Origin: Candidatus Bathyarchaeota archaeon
Lineage (GTDB): Archaea; Thermoproteota; Bathyarchaeia; Bathyarchaeales; Bathycorpusculaceae
DNA: 64,000 bases
Assembly: GCA_963775465.1 (NCBI GenBank)
Contig: CAVZIW010000004.1
Location: forward strand, 64,001-128,000
Direction of reading: 5' to 3'
Below the pieces are notes generated by a model. The model saw only the letters and a program-made list of their open reading frames with translations, made no database searches and was not told the origin of the DNA. A program made the translations under genes and the position numbers. Positions 30,883 through 41,152 of the stretch are shown here, piece after piece (the stretch's first letter is position 1; every line of letters begins with the position of its first letter).

Positions 30883-32859
30883 ATGCTTAGACCGGAAAGA
30901 ATGAAGCCTACTTCAGTAATTTGCGTCAAAAAAGACGTTGAGGTAGTACTGGAAGCCGTAAGCAGCTTCGGAGAATTCCATATTGAGAAAGCAAGCGAAA
31001 TCAAAAGCGTAAGTGAATATGATCAAAACATTCAGAGAGCTGAAGAAGCCCTCGTCACTGTAAATGAATTGACAAAACACCTAGTTATCCAAAAAACCGC
31101 TTTAACCGACATTTTCAAAGTAATCAAGCCAACCAAATTACAAGTTTCCTCTGAAAATTGGCAAACACTCCAAGAAGCTACAATATTGCAGAGCTCTAGC
31201 CTAAAAGGAGTTTTTGACGAACTCAACACCACACTTACAAGTCTGCAAGAAAAAGGAGCATACCTAGATCATCTGAAACGAATGTTAACAATAATTGACG
31301 AGATGGGCGTTGACCTTGAAGCAATCGAAGGACTAAAATTAATAAATATAACTATCGCAAGTGTACCGCAAAAGAATTTTCCTCATCTACTAGTAGCATT
31401 GATAGGAGTTCCAGTTATAATTCGTCGTTGTCGGTTAACAAAAGAGGCAGAATTTTTATGTTTTGCAATGGCTGAAAAGTATAAATCAAGCATCGAAAGA
31501 GCTCTTAAAACTCACCATGCAGAAATCTTCCGAATTCCTGAAAACCTGCCCCGAGAGATTTCTTTGGCTCTAAAGAGGATTAATAATCAACAAGAGGAAA
31601 ACATCGAGGAAGAAAAAAAGATTTCTTATGAATTAAAGAAGTTGGGTTCAGACAACCAAAACAAAATTATCACATGGAAAGAAACCATCGAAAACATCCT
31701 TGTGCTTCTCCAAGCTCAAAAAAAGATGCTTCAATCGGGAAGACTATCAGTTCTTAAAGGATTTGTACCCAGACAGAAGTTCCAATCGCTTTCCGAAAAG
31801 ATTCAAACTTCATTAAATGGAAAAGCACTCGTACTTGAAAATCAGTCGGTGCAAAACCCCCCAACTAAAATCGCACATAGCCGTTTTGTCAGACCATACG
31901 AGGAAATTACAAAACTCTATGGGTTGCCGCATTATGACGAAGTTGATCCAACACCAATCATCGCGATCACTTTCCCTTTAATCTTCGGTTTAATGTTTGG
32001 CGACATTGGACATGGACTGGTTCTTTTATTAGGAGGGGGTATTCTTGGATTTTTAATTAAACGAGAACAAGCAATCAAGAATATATGCTGGATTTTAGCC
32101 TCTTGTGGAGCCGTAGCAGTCTTTACAGGGATCTTATTTGGCGAATTCTTCGGAAAGCAGTTGTTTGCTCCATTGTGGTTTAGTCCATTTGACAATGTGT
32201 TCACGTTTCTAATCTTCAGCCTGTTTGTTGGAGTAGCTCAAATAATGAGCGGGCTAGTTTTGGAAATGACAAACTTTTTCCTTAAACATAATCCGATAGA
32301 TGCTGTGTTGACTTCGATTCCCAAAATTGCGTTTTACAGCGGTGCAGTCTACCTTCTCGCATTCTACCAGCTAAATTTTTCAGCATGGCTTAGCGGTCCA
32401 ATATTATTAGTGCTCGTTCCAATAATCGTCTTGATTCTGTGCAAACCAATCTTTTTCTCTATCTCAAGATCCTCAACAGCTACCGATGAGGAAAACTCAT
32501 TTGGGCAAAGACTCTTCGAAAGTGGAGATTTGATAACTCGTCTGCTAAGTAACACTATGTCTTACACTCGAATTCTTGCTTTGCTTATGGCTCATTGGGC
32601 TCTTGTTCTTGTGGTTTATGTTGTAGCTGGCTTAATTGGGTCAGCCTCGGTTTTAACTGCTATCTTAAGCGGTTTCATCATAGTTGCTGGGAACATTTTC
32701 GTGATTGCTCTCGAAGGATTAATCGTGTTCATTCACACGATGAGACTACATTTTTATGAATGGTTTAGCAAATTCTATGAAGGTACAGGAGTGGAATTTG
32801 CTCCTTTTAAGCAAAACTTTGTTCATACCGAAATCACTTTGAAGAAAAATATCTCTTAG
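30883..32859 (+). CDS. atpI: A/V-type ATP synthase subunit I (a)
   Basis: PPTK, YGLP.YDEVDPT, FGLMFGDIGHG, SNTMSYTRILAL (essential Arg), HTMRLHFYEWFSKFYEG.G. Confidence 0.96.
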   Translation: MLRPERMKPTSVICVKKDVEVVLEAVSSFGEFHIEKASEIKSVSEYDQNIQRAEEALVTVNELTKHLVIQKTALTDIFKVIKPTKLQVSSENWQTLQEATILQSSSLKGVFDELNTTLTSLQEKGAYLDHLKRMLTIIDEMGVDLEAIEGLKLINITIASVPQKNFPHLLVALIGVPVIIRRCRLTKEAEFLCFAMAEKYKSSIERALKTHHAEIFRIPENLPREISLALKRINNQQEENIEEEKKISYELKKLGSDNQNKIITWKETIENILVLLQAQKKMLQSGRLSVLKGFVPRQKFQSLSEKIQTSLNGKALVLENQSVQNPPTKIAHSRFVRPYEEITKLYGLPHYDEVDPTPIIAITFPLIFGLMFGDIGHGLVLLLGGGILGFLIKREQAIKNICWILASCGAVAVFTGILFGEFFGKQLFAPLWFSPFDNVFTFLIFSLFVGVAQIMSGLVLEMTNFFLKHNPIDAVLTSIPKIAFYSGAVYLLAFYQLNFSAWLSGPILLVLVPIIVLILCKPIFFSISRSSTATDEENSFGQRLFESGDLITRLLSNTMSYTRILALLMAHWALVLVVYVVAGLIGSASVLTAILSGFIIVAGNIFVIALEGLIVFIHTMRLHFYEWFSKFYEGTGVEFAPFKQNFVHTEITLKKNIS

Positions 32860-33908
32860 AAAAAAAGTTGGCGCTCAATATCCTCAGGCTTCTTCCCAGC
32901 CCCTACGCCTAGACAAACAACAATGAGATTTCGAACCTCAAAGCTTTTCTTAGTTAAAAAAGCCAAAACAGCACCTACATTAAAGATCTCTTTGATCCTA
33001 TTTTTTTTGGCGTGTTCAAGTAGTGCTTTTTCAAAGGCGTTTTCAGCAAGAGCAATTGTCTCCTGGGGAGATTGTGTTTTATCAAAATATTTGGCGTAGA
33101 AGGTTTTGAGCACAATTTTTAGGGCTGATTCAAAATCTGAAGAACAGACAATGTCCTCAACGGTCTTGTCAGAAATCCTAAACCTTTTGGTTGGCACAGC
33201 TATACGCAGCCAATTTGAATCATAGTTTAAGAGTTTACACCGCAACAGCAGCAATAAAACATAGCTGTCTATTTGAAGACTAACATAGGGATATGCATGT
33301 GGTTTTTCTTTTTTTGGCAGACTCTGATAGGCCGCCCATAGTTCTTCATAGTAGAATTTGTCCAGAAGTACATCAAAGCAAGTCGTTGAAGTATTTTCCT
33401 CGTAACTTTTGAAACCCATTTTCAAGGCAGAAGCGTATTTAGTTTTCTTTAGGGTACTAACAATGTGATTTATGCTCGAAGCTCTAATGGCTTCCTCCAT
33501 TATTGCGAGGTTGTTAAGGTAATTTTCTGGTGCAAAGTAGATTTTGGCTTGTTTTTGTTCAAGATGTAGCTCAGCATTGACTGCCTTGATTAGAGTTTTA
33601 ATGTTTTCTACCTCAAATCTTATAAGATAATGTTTAAGAAATTCGGCCGTTTTCTTAGGTGAGTTAATTATTATTTTAATGTAGGTTCCGATCAAATTTT
33701 CATTGAATGCCCGTTCAAGTTTACGGTTGGATAATGGGGGAGTAACTTTGGCTATTTCCTGTTGGTAGCTACTTTCTCGTAGAGAACCAATTAGGTCAGC
33801 TAAGTTATTTGTCTCGGTTAGCCCTCTGAATTTGGATTCGCTTAAAAATTCGCTTCTTCCTGCTCCGATCTTGACAAGAACATTTGCATATTTAGTTGTC
33901 TGGCTCAA
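32856..33908 (-). CDS. atpC: A/V-type ATP synthase subunit C (d)
   Basis: YAN, ENIKTLIKA, LDKFYY, EVRNL; cluster context. Confidence 0.88.
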   Translation of the reverse strand: MSQTTKYANVLVKIGAGRSEFLSESKFRGLTETNNLADLIGSLRESSYQQEIAKVTPPLSNRKLERAFNENLIGTYIKIIINSPKKTAEFLKHYLIRFEVENIKTLIKAVNAELHLEQKQAKIYFAPENYLNNLAIMEEAIRASSINHIVSTLKKTKYASALKMGFKSYEENTSTTCFDVLLDKFYYEELWAAYQSLPKKEKPHAYPYVSLQIDSYVLLLLLRCKLLNYDSNWLRIAVPTKRFRISDKTVEDIVCSSDFESALKIVLKTFYAKYFDKTQSPQETIALAENAFEKALLEHAKKNRIKEIFNVGAVLAFLTKKSFEVRNLIVVCLGVGAGKKPEDIERQLFF

Positions 33909-34237
33909 GGTCTCTCTTCCTCGAGAACGGCTGACACAATTTGTGAAACAGCATTTTCCATTCGCTGGTTTGCTTTAAAAATGAGTGTTTCTGCATTTTT
34001 TTGGCTTTCTTTCAATTTTTGTTCTCGGTTGCGTTTTGCTTGTTCGATTGCACTCTCGTAGTTTTGTCGTGCTTCTTGCTGAGCGTAGGTTTTGCTACTT
34101 TCTATGAGTTTGTCTCCTTCTTTTTGTGATAGAATTATTATTTCTTTAGCGTTTTTCTGGGCCTGGGCTCGGATTTCTTCTGCTTGTGCTTCGATTTTTT
34201 TTAGTTCCTCCCAGACTTTCTCCATGTTTTCACACAT
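33905..34237 (-). CDS. atpH: A/V-type ATP synthase subunit H/G
   Basis: Coiled-coil 110 aa, ENAVSQIVSAVL C-terminus, overlaps atpC start. Confidence 0.75.
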   Translation of the reverse strand: MCENMEKVWEELKKIEAQAEEIRAQAQKNAKEIIILSQKEGDKLIESSKTYAQQEARQNYESAIEQAKRNREQKLKESQKNAETLIFKANQRMENAVSQIVSAVLEEERP

Positions 34238-34383
34238 ATGTTTAGCTTTGCGCTCAGTAATAAAATATCCTCTTTCTGCATTTTGAAGTTACTTGTTAAT
34301 GATTCTTTGATGGTCTTTTCGGGTGAATTGGGAAAATGCTTTAAAACCCTATACCAACCTTAGAGGCTGGTTACGATACGAGT

Positions 34384-35322
34384 ATGGCGAAGGAAAAAGA
34401 AAGGGAAAAGAAAAAGACTGGATTTGACTACCGCTCTTCACGATTCTTTTCCCTTCTTTTCCCAGCGATATATCTTGTGGCTATAGCTATCTTTAGCGTT
34501 CAATACAGCATTATTCCTGGTCCTGAATTTCTCGTCTTAGCCTTCCTGATTTATGCGGCATATAATCAAAAAACTTGGCGTTTCCTCAAGGATTGGCTAC
34601 CCTTTATCACCGTGTTTATTTCCTACGAAATCATGTATGGATTTGTCGGCGTAATCTCCAAGTATAATCTACATGCCGGACCTTACAATCTTGAAATGGG
34701 AATGTTTGGACAAATTCCAAGCTTAGTTCTCCAACAAACAATAAGAATGCCTATCCTAGATTATATGGGGGCCTTTTTTTATTCGCTGCATTTTTTTGCT
34801 CCAACAATTTTTGCTTTTATCCTTTGGAAAGTTAGCCCTAAGAATTATTGGAAATACACTGTTGCTTTTGGGATTTGCACGTATGCGGCACTCATCAGTT
34901 TTCTTTTCTATCCGGTGGCGCCGCCTTGGTGGGAGCTTAGTACGCATTCGAGTCTTGCATATTCAGGACCAACTGTTATTAGAGTGCTAACTGATTCGGT
35001 CGACGCCAACTTAGGCATCCCAGTTTACAGAACCCTCTTTGATATTTTTGGCGCCAATCAGTTTGCCGCTTTTCCCAGCATGCATTCAGCCTTGCCCTTC
35101 TTGATATCTCTATTCGCTATTAAAATTTGGAAAATAAGAGCTCTACCGGTCTTAATCTTCCCAATCGGTGTTTGGTTTAGCGCTGTGTATCTCGGTGAAC
35201 ACTATTTTGTAGATGTTTTGGGTGGTATAGCATATGCTTTTTTGGCTTTCGTAGCAGTGGAAAAAATTCTCCCATTACTTGCTAAAAGAACTGACTTCCT
35301 GAAAAAACACATGCCGAGCTAA
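34384..35322 (+). CDS. PAP2-superfamily membrane protein (Aur1/IPC synthase-like)
   Basis: YPVAPPW, AAFPSMHSA, YLGEHYFVDVLGG. Confidence 0.85.
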   Translation: MAKEKEREKKKTGFDYRSSRFFSLLFPAIYLVAIAIFSVQYSIIPGPEFLVLAFLIYAAYNQKTWRFLKDWLPFITVFISYEIMYGFVGVISKYNLHAGPYNLEMGMFGQIPSLVLQQTIRMPILDYMGAFFYSLHFFAPTIFAFILWKVSPKNYWKYTVAFGICTYAALISFLFYPVAPPWWELSTHSSLAYSGPTVIRVLTDSVDANLGIPVYRTLFDIFGANQFAAFPSMHSALPFLISLFAIKIWKIRALPVLIFPIGVWFSAVYLGEHYFVDVLGGIAYAFLAFVAVEKILPLLAKRTDFLKKHMPS

Positions 35323-35829
35323 ACAAACTTTGAAAACCAATCTTACATTAATTACGGCATAGGATGTGCAAAATTTAGTTTTATTTTTGCGTTTTTTGTT
35401 CATCTGCCAGAACAACAACACTTTGAAAATTATTGTTGTTATTCTACCAATCTTCAATGCACAAGAAGGCAGCTTTAGGCGTATTGCTGAAAAATTCTTT
35501 CCCAGGATAACACGCAATCGTTATGTGTGGACAGCTTTGTTTTGGGCAGATTAAAAGGACGAAGGATTTCAACTCTGTAGTTGTGTTTCCTAATCTTTAA
35601 TCGATAAGAACTCTGATTGTCTTGGATGCCCATATCTTGAATTTTCTGTTGTAAGTTTCTTTAGAAGCGATTGTTTTGTTACCAAAGCCTGACAGTTTAA
35701 CAGGCTTGATGAAGATGAAAAAGCGATAACTGGATTAAAAATTACACTCAGCTCTATATGATAAGTGAGAAGTGCATTTTGGCAAGAACCTGTTCTTAAC
35801 ATTTAATAGCAAAATATCAAAAAACATAA

Positions 35830-37122
35830 TTGACAGTTACGACAACGAATATTGTCAATATGACAACCCCAAAGAGGTTTAAAGTAACAACTCAAGACGC
35901 ATACAACTATGCCGCCAGCAAGTTTTTTGCAGATCAACAGCTTGCAATGGTGCTAAAACTGAACGGGCAACTTGAAGAAGATTTGTTTGAACAAGCGATT
36001 CATTTAACCATGGATCTGGAGCCTGTTTTAGGGTGTCAATTTGTTGAAAACGGTGATAAACCCTTTTGGGAACGCAGAAACGATTTAGAAAATATTAAAC
36101 TGTCAGACGTAGTTAAAGCTGACCCGCCTGAGGATGCGCTTGAAACTTTTGTTAGTTCGCCTATTCGCGCAGATTTAGATCCCCTTGTTAGAGCAAGGAT
36201 TTTTCGGGGAAGGAATACAGATACACTTTGCATCAAAATAAACCATTCAGTCTGCGATGGGGGAGGCCTCAAAGAATATGTTTTCATGCTTTCCAATATC
36301 TATAACACTTTAGTCAGCGGCAAAGAATGTATTGTTTTGCCTAATTTAAGCAGAAGAGATCAGAGTCAAATACCCCAGCTAGCTAAAGATACTAAAAGCC
36401 TCGCTGTGAAAGGGTTTCCTCAACCAACTTGGACTTTATTACAAAAAGCTGGAACTGAACCCCTGCATTGCTTCAGGGTTATTCCGAAACCAAGGTTTGA
36501 AGTAATAAAGAAATATGCTCAAAATAAAAGTACCTCGGTAAACGATGTGCTTCTTGCTGCTCTATTTCGAGCTTTTTTTGTTTTAAACAACACACCAGCA
36601 GATTCTCCGATGATAATGCAGGTTTCTATAGACCTAAGAAGATACCTTTCAAAGAAGAAAGCGGAGGTAATATGCAACCTTTCGGGAGCATTATATGTCG
36701 CTTTGGAGAGGAAAGGCGGCGAAGAATTTGACGGAACATTAACCAGAGTTAGTGCAGCAATGAATAGACTTAAAGAAAATAATCCTGGCCTAGAGAGTGC
36801 CGCAGGTTTAGAATATTTGGCAAGTCAAGGTTATATTGGCTTAGTGAAATATTTGGAAGAAGCATCCGCAATGGGTAGAAAATTTAATGTTACTTTTCCG
36901 TTACTTTCAAATTTTGGTGTTCTTAGTCTTTACGGCTTTGGTGAACTAATAGTAATAAATGAATTCATTTCTAGCCCGATTATGTATCCTCCTGGATTCA
37001 TGCTGGGAGTGAGCACTTTCAATGACGAAATGACGTTTTCAATTGGATATTGCGGAAAAGAAAATAGGCGACAAATAAACAGATTTCTTGAAATCTACGT
37101 CGCTGAGTTACCCTTAACGTAA
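35830..37122 (+). CDS. Stand-alone condensation-domain / CoA-dependent acyltransferase
   Basis: NHSVCDGGG (HxxxDG), SVNDVLLAA, IDLRRYL, LSNFG. Confidence 0.8.
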   Translation: MTVTTTNIVNMTTPKRFKVTTQDAYNYAASKFFADQQLAMVLKLNGQLEEDLFEQAIHLTMDLEPVLGCQFVENGDKPFWERRNDLENIKLSDVVKADPPEDALETFVSSPIRADLDPLVRARIFRGRNTDTLCIKINHSVCDGGGLKEYVFMLSNIYNTLVSGKECIVLPNLSRRDQSQIPQLAKDTKSLAVKGFPQPTWTLLQKAGTEPLHCFRVIPKPRFEVIKKYAQNKSTSVNDVLLAALFRAFFVLNNTPADSPMIMQVSIDLRRYLSKKKAEVICNLSGALYVALERKGGEEFDGTLTRVSAAMNRLKENNPGLESAAGLEYLASQGYIGLVKYLEEASAMGRKFNVTFPLLSNFGVLSLYGFGELIVINEFISSPIMYPPGFMLGVSTFNDEMTFSIGYCGKENRRQINRFLEIYVAELPLT

Positions 37123-37212
37123 AATTGCAAAACTGCACCAGAAAATAATTTTTAAGAAAGCAAATCGCAATAGCAATGATTTTATAATTCCAAATTGTCT
37201 TCTTAAAAATAA

Positions 37213-37455
37213 GTGAATTATATGTCTGAAGCAATAGAAAAAAGAGTTCGAAACGCACTCGATGAAATTAGACCGCAAATTCAAGCTGACGGAGGAGATG
37301 TTGAACTTGTGGCAGTGGGGAATGACTCCGTGAAAGTTCGCTTGGTTGGGCATTGTGCGGGTTGTCCGATGGCTGCGATGACGCTAAAAAACGGCGTTGA
37401 AGCACTCATTAAGCAAAGAGTACCAGAAATAAAGAAAGTTGAAGCAGTCCAATGA
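37213..37455 (+). CDS. NifU/Nfu-like Fe-S scaffold domain protein
   Basis: IRPQIQADGGDVEL, GHCAGCPMA.MTLK.GVE. Confidence 0.93.
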   Translation: MNYMSEAIEKRVRNALDEIRPQIQADGGDVELVAVGNDSVKVRLVGHCAGCPMAAMTLKNGVEALIKQRVPEIKKVEAVQ

Positions 37456-37689
37456 TCAGCTTTCTTCCAAACTTTTAAAACTCTTAATTTTAAATCGAAT
37501 CAACTTTTTCTCGTGAATGTTTATCCAAAAACTAAAAGGGTTAACGATAGTCCATGATCTAACTCCGAAGAACATTGAGTTATGGAGCTTCTTTTGGAAA
37601 AATAGATTTCTATAATTACCATCAAGAAACACATAGTAAACTAAACCTATACTATGGGCAAGGATGGTTCCTGGTGACCTTTTGAATAT

Positions 37690-37806
37690 CTAACGTTTAA
37701 CACATTGCCCTGAAACAGCATCAAAATGGTTTGTGTCCCCATAGTCGCAGGTCTTGCAATCATTTTTTATATCCTGACCAAATGGGCATCCTTTCAAATC
37801 AGCCAT
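37690..37806 (-). CDS. Small Cys-rich protein (38 aa, not in ORF track)
   Basis: Manual translation MADLKGCPFGQDIKNDCKTCDYGDTNHFDAVSGQCVKR; GAGGTG SD upstream. Confidence 0.55.
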   Translation of the reverse strand: MADLKGCPFGQDIKNDCKTCDYGDTNHFDAVSGQCVKR

Positions 37807-38248
37807 ATTTTACACCTCAAATTAGTGTGGAAATAAACGTTATCATATTCTAATTATTCCAAAAACTATTTTTTCTTAATTAATTTTTCTGTGTGGAAAA
37901 CAATTAAACATTGAGGTATAGATCGAAATCTAACTGAACAGGGAGATTTCACCGCTTTACTTGGTTTTTACGATTTGATTGATACTGAGTTGATGCTACA
38001 ATTTTGATAATGGAATTTGCGCCGAAAATCATCTTAGTTTTGGTGGTGAAGATTGGTATTGAAACATTTTTAGCTGAATGTGCAAGTTTTTTTAGTATGC
38101 TATGATAGCTTAATAAATAGCAATTCAAACAAATGTATTTCAGGCAATCAGAAAACTCGGTTATCATTTTGGCTGAGAGTTCATTGATAACCATGTTTGC
38201 CTTGTTTGGAGCATTTTAATTAAAGAAGGGATAGAGGGGTAAAAAAAG

Positions 38249-39382
38249 ATGAGAGAGAAACGTGACAAAGTAGCCATCCGTGGACTAAGAGATGTCGCAG
38301 CAGCTGAAACCAAAATTAGCTACGTAAATCCAAATGGAACACTTTACTATTTAGGGTACAATATTGACGATCTAGTGGAAAACATCATCTACTCAGAAAT
38401 TCCGTACTTGCTACTTTACAAAAAATTGCCCAAACAAAAAGAGCTAAGCCACTTTCAAAATGAACTGTTTAATGAAATGAAACTTCCTAAACCAATTGTT
38501 GAAAGCATTAATTCAACCCCCAAAACCTGCCACCCAATGGACATTTTACGCACCGAAGTGTCTCATCTAGGAGAATATGATCCAGATGATAACGACTTTT
38601 CTGACGCTGCAAACATTAGAAGAGCTAAACGATTAATTGCCCAAGTTCCTACAATAGTAGCTACCATTCATAGAAGTCGATTTAACAAACCAGTTCCGAA
38701 GCCAAAGAAAGAATTCACTTTCGCCCAGAACTTCCTCTATATGTTTATCGGAGAGGCCCCAGACGAGATGGAGACAAGAGTCATTCATCGCTTCATGATA
38801 CTTCACGCTGATCACGGGTTCAATGCGTCCACGTTCGCCGCACGGGTAACGGCGAGCACCAATTCAGATATGTATTCAGCCATAACTTCGGCCATTGGAA
38901 CCCTCAAAGGTCCATTACATGGAGGGGCAAGCGAAAAAGTGATGGACATGCTTGATGAAATTAACCTTGAAGAAGAAGTCGAGGAATACATCAAAGGGCT
39001 TTTAGATGAAAAAAAGAAGATTATGGGTTTTGGTCATAGAATGTATAAGGCTCAAGACCCCCGAACTAAGCATCTCCGAGGGATAGTTGAAGATTTTTGC
39101 CATCAAGAGAGACCGCTAAAACTGTATAATAGGTGCGTGCAGATTGAAAAGATTGTTCATGAGAAAAAAAAGATCTATCCCAATGTAGATTTCTATGCTG
39201 CAGTTGCTATGGATGCATTAGGTGTTTCAAAGGAGTTCTTTCCATTGTTCTTTGCTTCAAGCAGGATATCTGGTTGGGTAGCTCATGTATTGGAACAGTA
39301 TGAAGATTCAGTTCTTCTTCGTCCGTCATCGAATTATGTTGGGGAATTCGAAAGAGTGTTCGTTCCGATAGAAAAACGATAA
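38249..39382 (+). CDS. Citrate synthase (Si-type / methylcitrate synthase family)
   Basis: LHADHGFNAST, GPLHGGA, MGFGHR.YK..DPR, YPNVDFY. Confidence 0.95.
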   Translation: MREKRDKVAIRGLRDVAAAETKISYVNPNGTLYYLGYNIDDLVENIIYSEIPYLLLYKKLPKQKELSHFQNELFNEMKLPKPIVESINSTPKTCHPMDILRTEVSHLGEYDPDDNDFSDAANIRRAKRLIAQVPTIVATIHRSRFNKPVPKPKKEFTFAQNFLYMFIGEAPDEMETRVIHRFMILHADHGFNASTFAARVTASTNSDMYSAITSAIGTLKGPLHGGASEKVMDMLDEINLEEEVEEYIKGLLDEKKKIMGFGHRMYKAQDPRTKHLRGIVEDFCHQERPLKLYNRCVQIEKIVHEKKKIYPNVDFYAAVAMDALGVSKEFFPLFFASSRISGWVAHVLEQYEDSVLLRPSSNYVGEFERVFVPIEKR

Positions 39383-39423
39383 ACATTTAATACATTTCGA
39401 GTAAGCCAGATGGAGAAGGGGTT

Positions 39424-40773
39424 CTATTTCATGGCGCCGCTCTTCAGGTTTAGCCGAGTCCTTCTTAGATAAGCCAAGATGACCACTACAGCTAAAATCG
39501 CAACAATAATAACCAAACCTAATTGAATAGTCGCAGTCAGATATTTGATGCCTATGAATTCTGTGAATGATACCCCATGACTAGGTGAACTCGTCGAATT
39601 TGAAGATATAGAAGAGATAATTGTTGTATCGTTCCAATTGATAAGTTTGTTGTAATGTTGAGAACTGCCCATCTGAAGATAATCTTCGTAAATTATGTCT
39701 AGTTTAGACCCGTATTGTTCAAGCAAACTTCCCAAGTTTATGCTTATTGGAACCGATAAGTCGTCGGCTTCCCATAACCCCCAAATCTTGTCGTTTGGAC
39801 CTCGAAAACCGTACGCATAATCTTTAGGAAGCATGTAAGCAGTTCGTTCATTTATTGGGCTTAGTTTTCGGGGGTTTGTTTGTGTATATTGCCAGAATTG
39901 TTTTAGAGCATCTAAATGTTCTTGATTAAGAATTCCATCCGAATAATTCTTGTTCGAGTTGAAAACTGCAATATATTTTGCTCCATTGTCATAGGCAAGG
40001 AGAAGATCGTTGTAGAGTTCTTGATCTGTCTCGATATATGGTGGTTGTGTAAAGGTCCAAGTTATTATTGCGCCCCAATCCTTGTCTTGAGCTGTTGCTG
40101 CACCCCTACATAGTCCTACATTCAATTGTCTACTGTAGTTCCAGCCAAACTGTGCTAAGAGTACGTCATAGCCTGCCTTATAGTCAAACCAATAGAGCGC
40201 ATAATCCGAAGTAAACAAAGAAATATCCTCTCCTCTGGAATAGCCGTTTCTGAACCAACTTACGAAGCCACTTACCTTAGTGTTAAACTCGGTGCTGGCT
40301 TCTTCGTAACTATCGGCCTTTGGAACTACCATCCAGCCAGAAGTGTGATCCAATTGTCGTCCCCCAACTTCATCGGAGTAATAAATTCCCAGAAAATAGT
40401 TTCCCCATCGGGTTTTAGCGATTTCAAACCAGGTTGATTTATCAATTGAAAACAAAGAGAAATCTATAGGGTATTCTTGGTAGACAATAAAAAATAGTCC
40501 CTTATCAAAAAGATATTGACAGGCTTCTTCAAGTATGAACCTGTTTTGTGTAACGCCTGTGCAACCCAAAATAAAGAGATTAGTGTATGGAGCTACTTCA
40601 TCGGCTAATTGTTTTACTTGATCTATATCGCCAAAAGCCAAATCGACACCCACAAAAACATCTGGAACATTTTGAGCTTCCACAAAGTCGTAAGAGAAGG
40701 AGCCTAATAAAGTTGAAAAAACCAGAGTAAGTAACAAAAAGGAGCCAGTCAAACGAATCTTCATTGGTAACAA
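39424..40773 (-). CDS. Secreted, C-terminally anchored hypothetical protein (possible TIM-barrel/glycoside hydrolase-like)
   Basis: Signal peptide, GIYYSDEVGG, Ser-rich linker, C-terminal TM + basic residues. Confidence 0.7.
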   Translation of the reverse strand: MLPMKIRLTGSFLLLTLVFSTLLGSFSYDFVEAQNVPDVFVGVDLAFGDIDQVKQLADEVAPYTNLFILGCTGVTQNRFILEEACQYLFDKGLFFIVYQEYPIDFSLFSIDKSTWFEIAKTRWGNYFLGIYYSDEVGGRQLDHTSGWMVVPKADSYEEASTEFNTKVSGFVSWFRNGYSRGEDISLFTSDYALYWFDYKAGYDVLLAQFGWNYSRQLNVGLCRGAATAQDKDWGAIITWTFTQPPYIETDQELYNDLLLAYDNGAKYIAVFNSNKNYSDGILNQEHLDALKQFWQYTQTNPRKLSPINERTAYMLPKDYAYGFRGPNDKIWGLWEADDLSVPISINLGSLLEQYGSKLDIIYEDYLQMGSSQHYNKLINWNDTTIISSISSNSTSSPSHGVSFTEFIGIKYLTATIQLGLVIIVAILAVVVILAYLRRTRLNLKSGAMK

Positions 40774-40818
40774 AATTAAAATCTGAATATATTAAAGTTT
40801 TTAGAATACGTTAACGAG

Positions 40819-40891
40819 TAGCCCGGGAGAGATTCGAACTCTCGTCAAGGGCTCCAGAGGCCCCTATGCTTGACCACTACACCACCGGGCT
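40819..40891 (-). tRNA. tRNA-Gln (CTG), intronless, CCA not encoded
   Basis: AGCCCGG acceptor stem, TGGT D-loop, anticodon loop CTCTGGA, TTCGAAT T-loop. Confidence 0.95.
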
Positions 40892-40936
40892 TCAAACTCA
40901 AACAGACATCTTTGATTAATATTTACTTTAATATTG

Positions 40937-41152
40937 CTATTCTTCTTTGGCACCGTTTTTCACTTTTTGGGCTTCTTGAACACAGTAGCAGTCTTGATTG
41001 ATTCTATTGTAGTCACTGCAATGCCATAATGTATCAACGATTGGATTTTGGTTTTTTCCGTGACGTTTGGAGCAGAAAATTTTTGTTGGATAATCGTAAC
41101 TGTTGTGACCGTCACAGTTACCACAGTAATTCCTTTGAGGGTTGTTCTTCAT
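40937..41152 (-). CDS. Small Cys-rich protein (71 aa)
   Basis: CGNC, C..RH, HC, CYC; ATGA overlap with dys stop. Confidence 0.65.
   Translation of the reverse strand: MKNNPQRNYCGNCDGHNSYDYPTKIFCSKRHGKNQNPIVDTLWHCSDYNRINQDCYCVQEAQKVKNGAKEE

Noticed and set aside
30824-32870. Site-specific invertible element around atpI
   Set aside because: No convincing inverted repeats at the boundaries and no recombinase in the window
35323-35829. Short ORFs between the PAP2 and condensation genes
   Set aside because: No motifs or RBS; overlapping alternatives on both strands
40819-40891. tRNA-Gln as an integration site
   Set aside because: No integrase and no duplicated tRNA 3' end seen in the window
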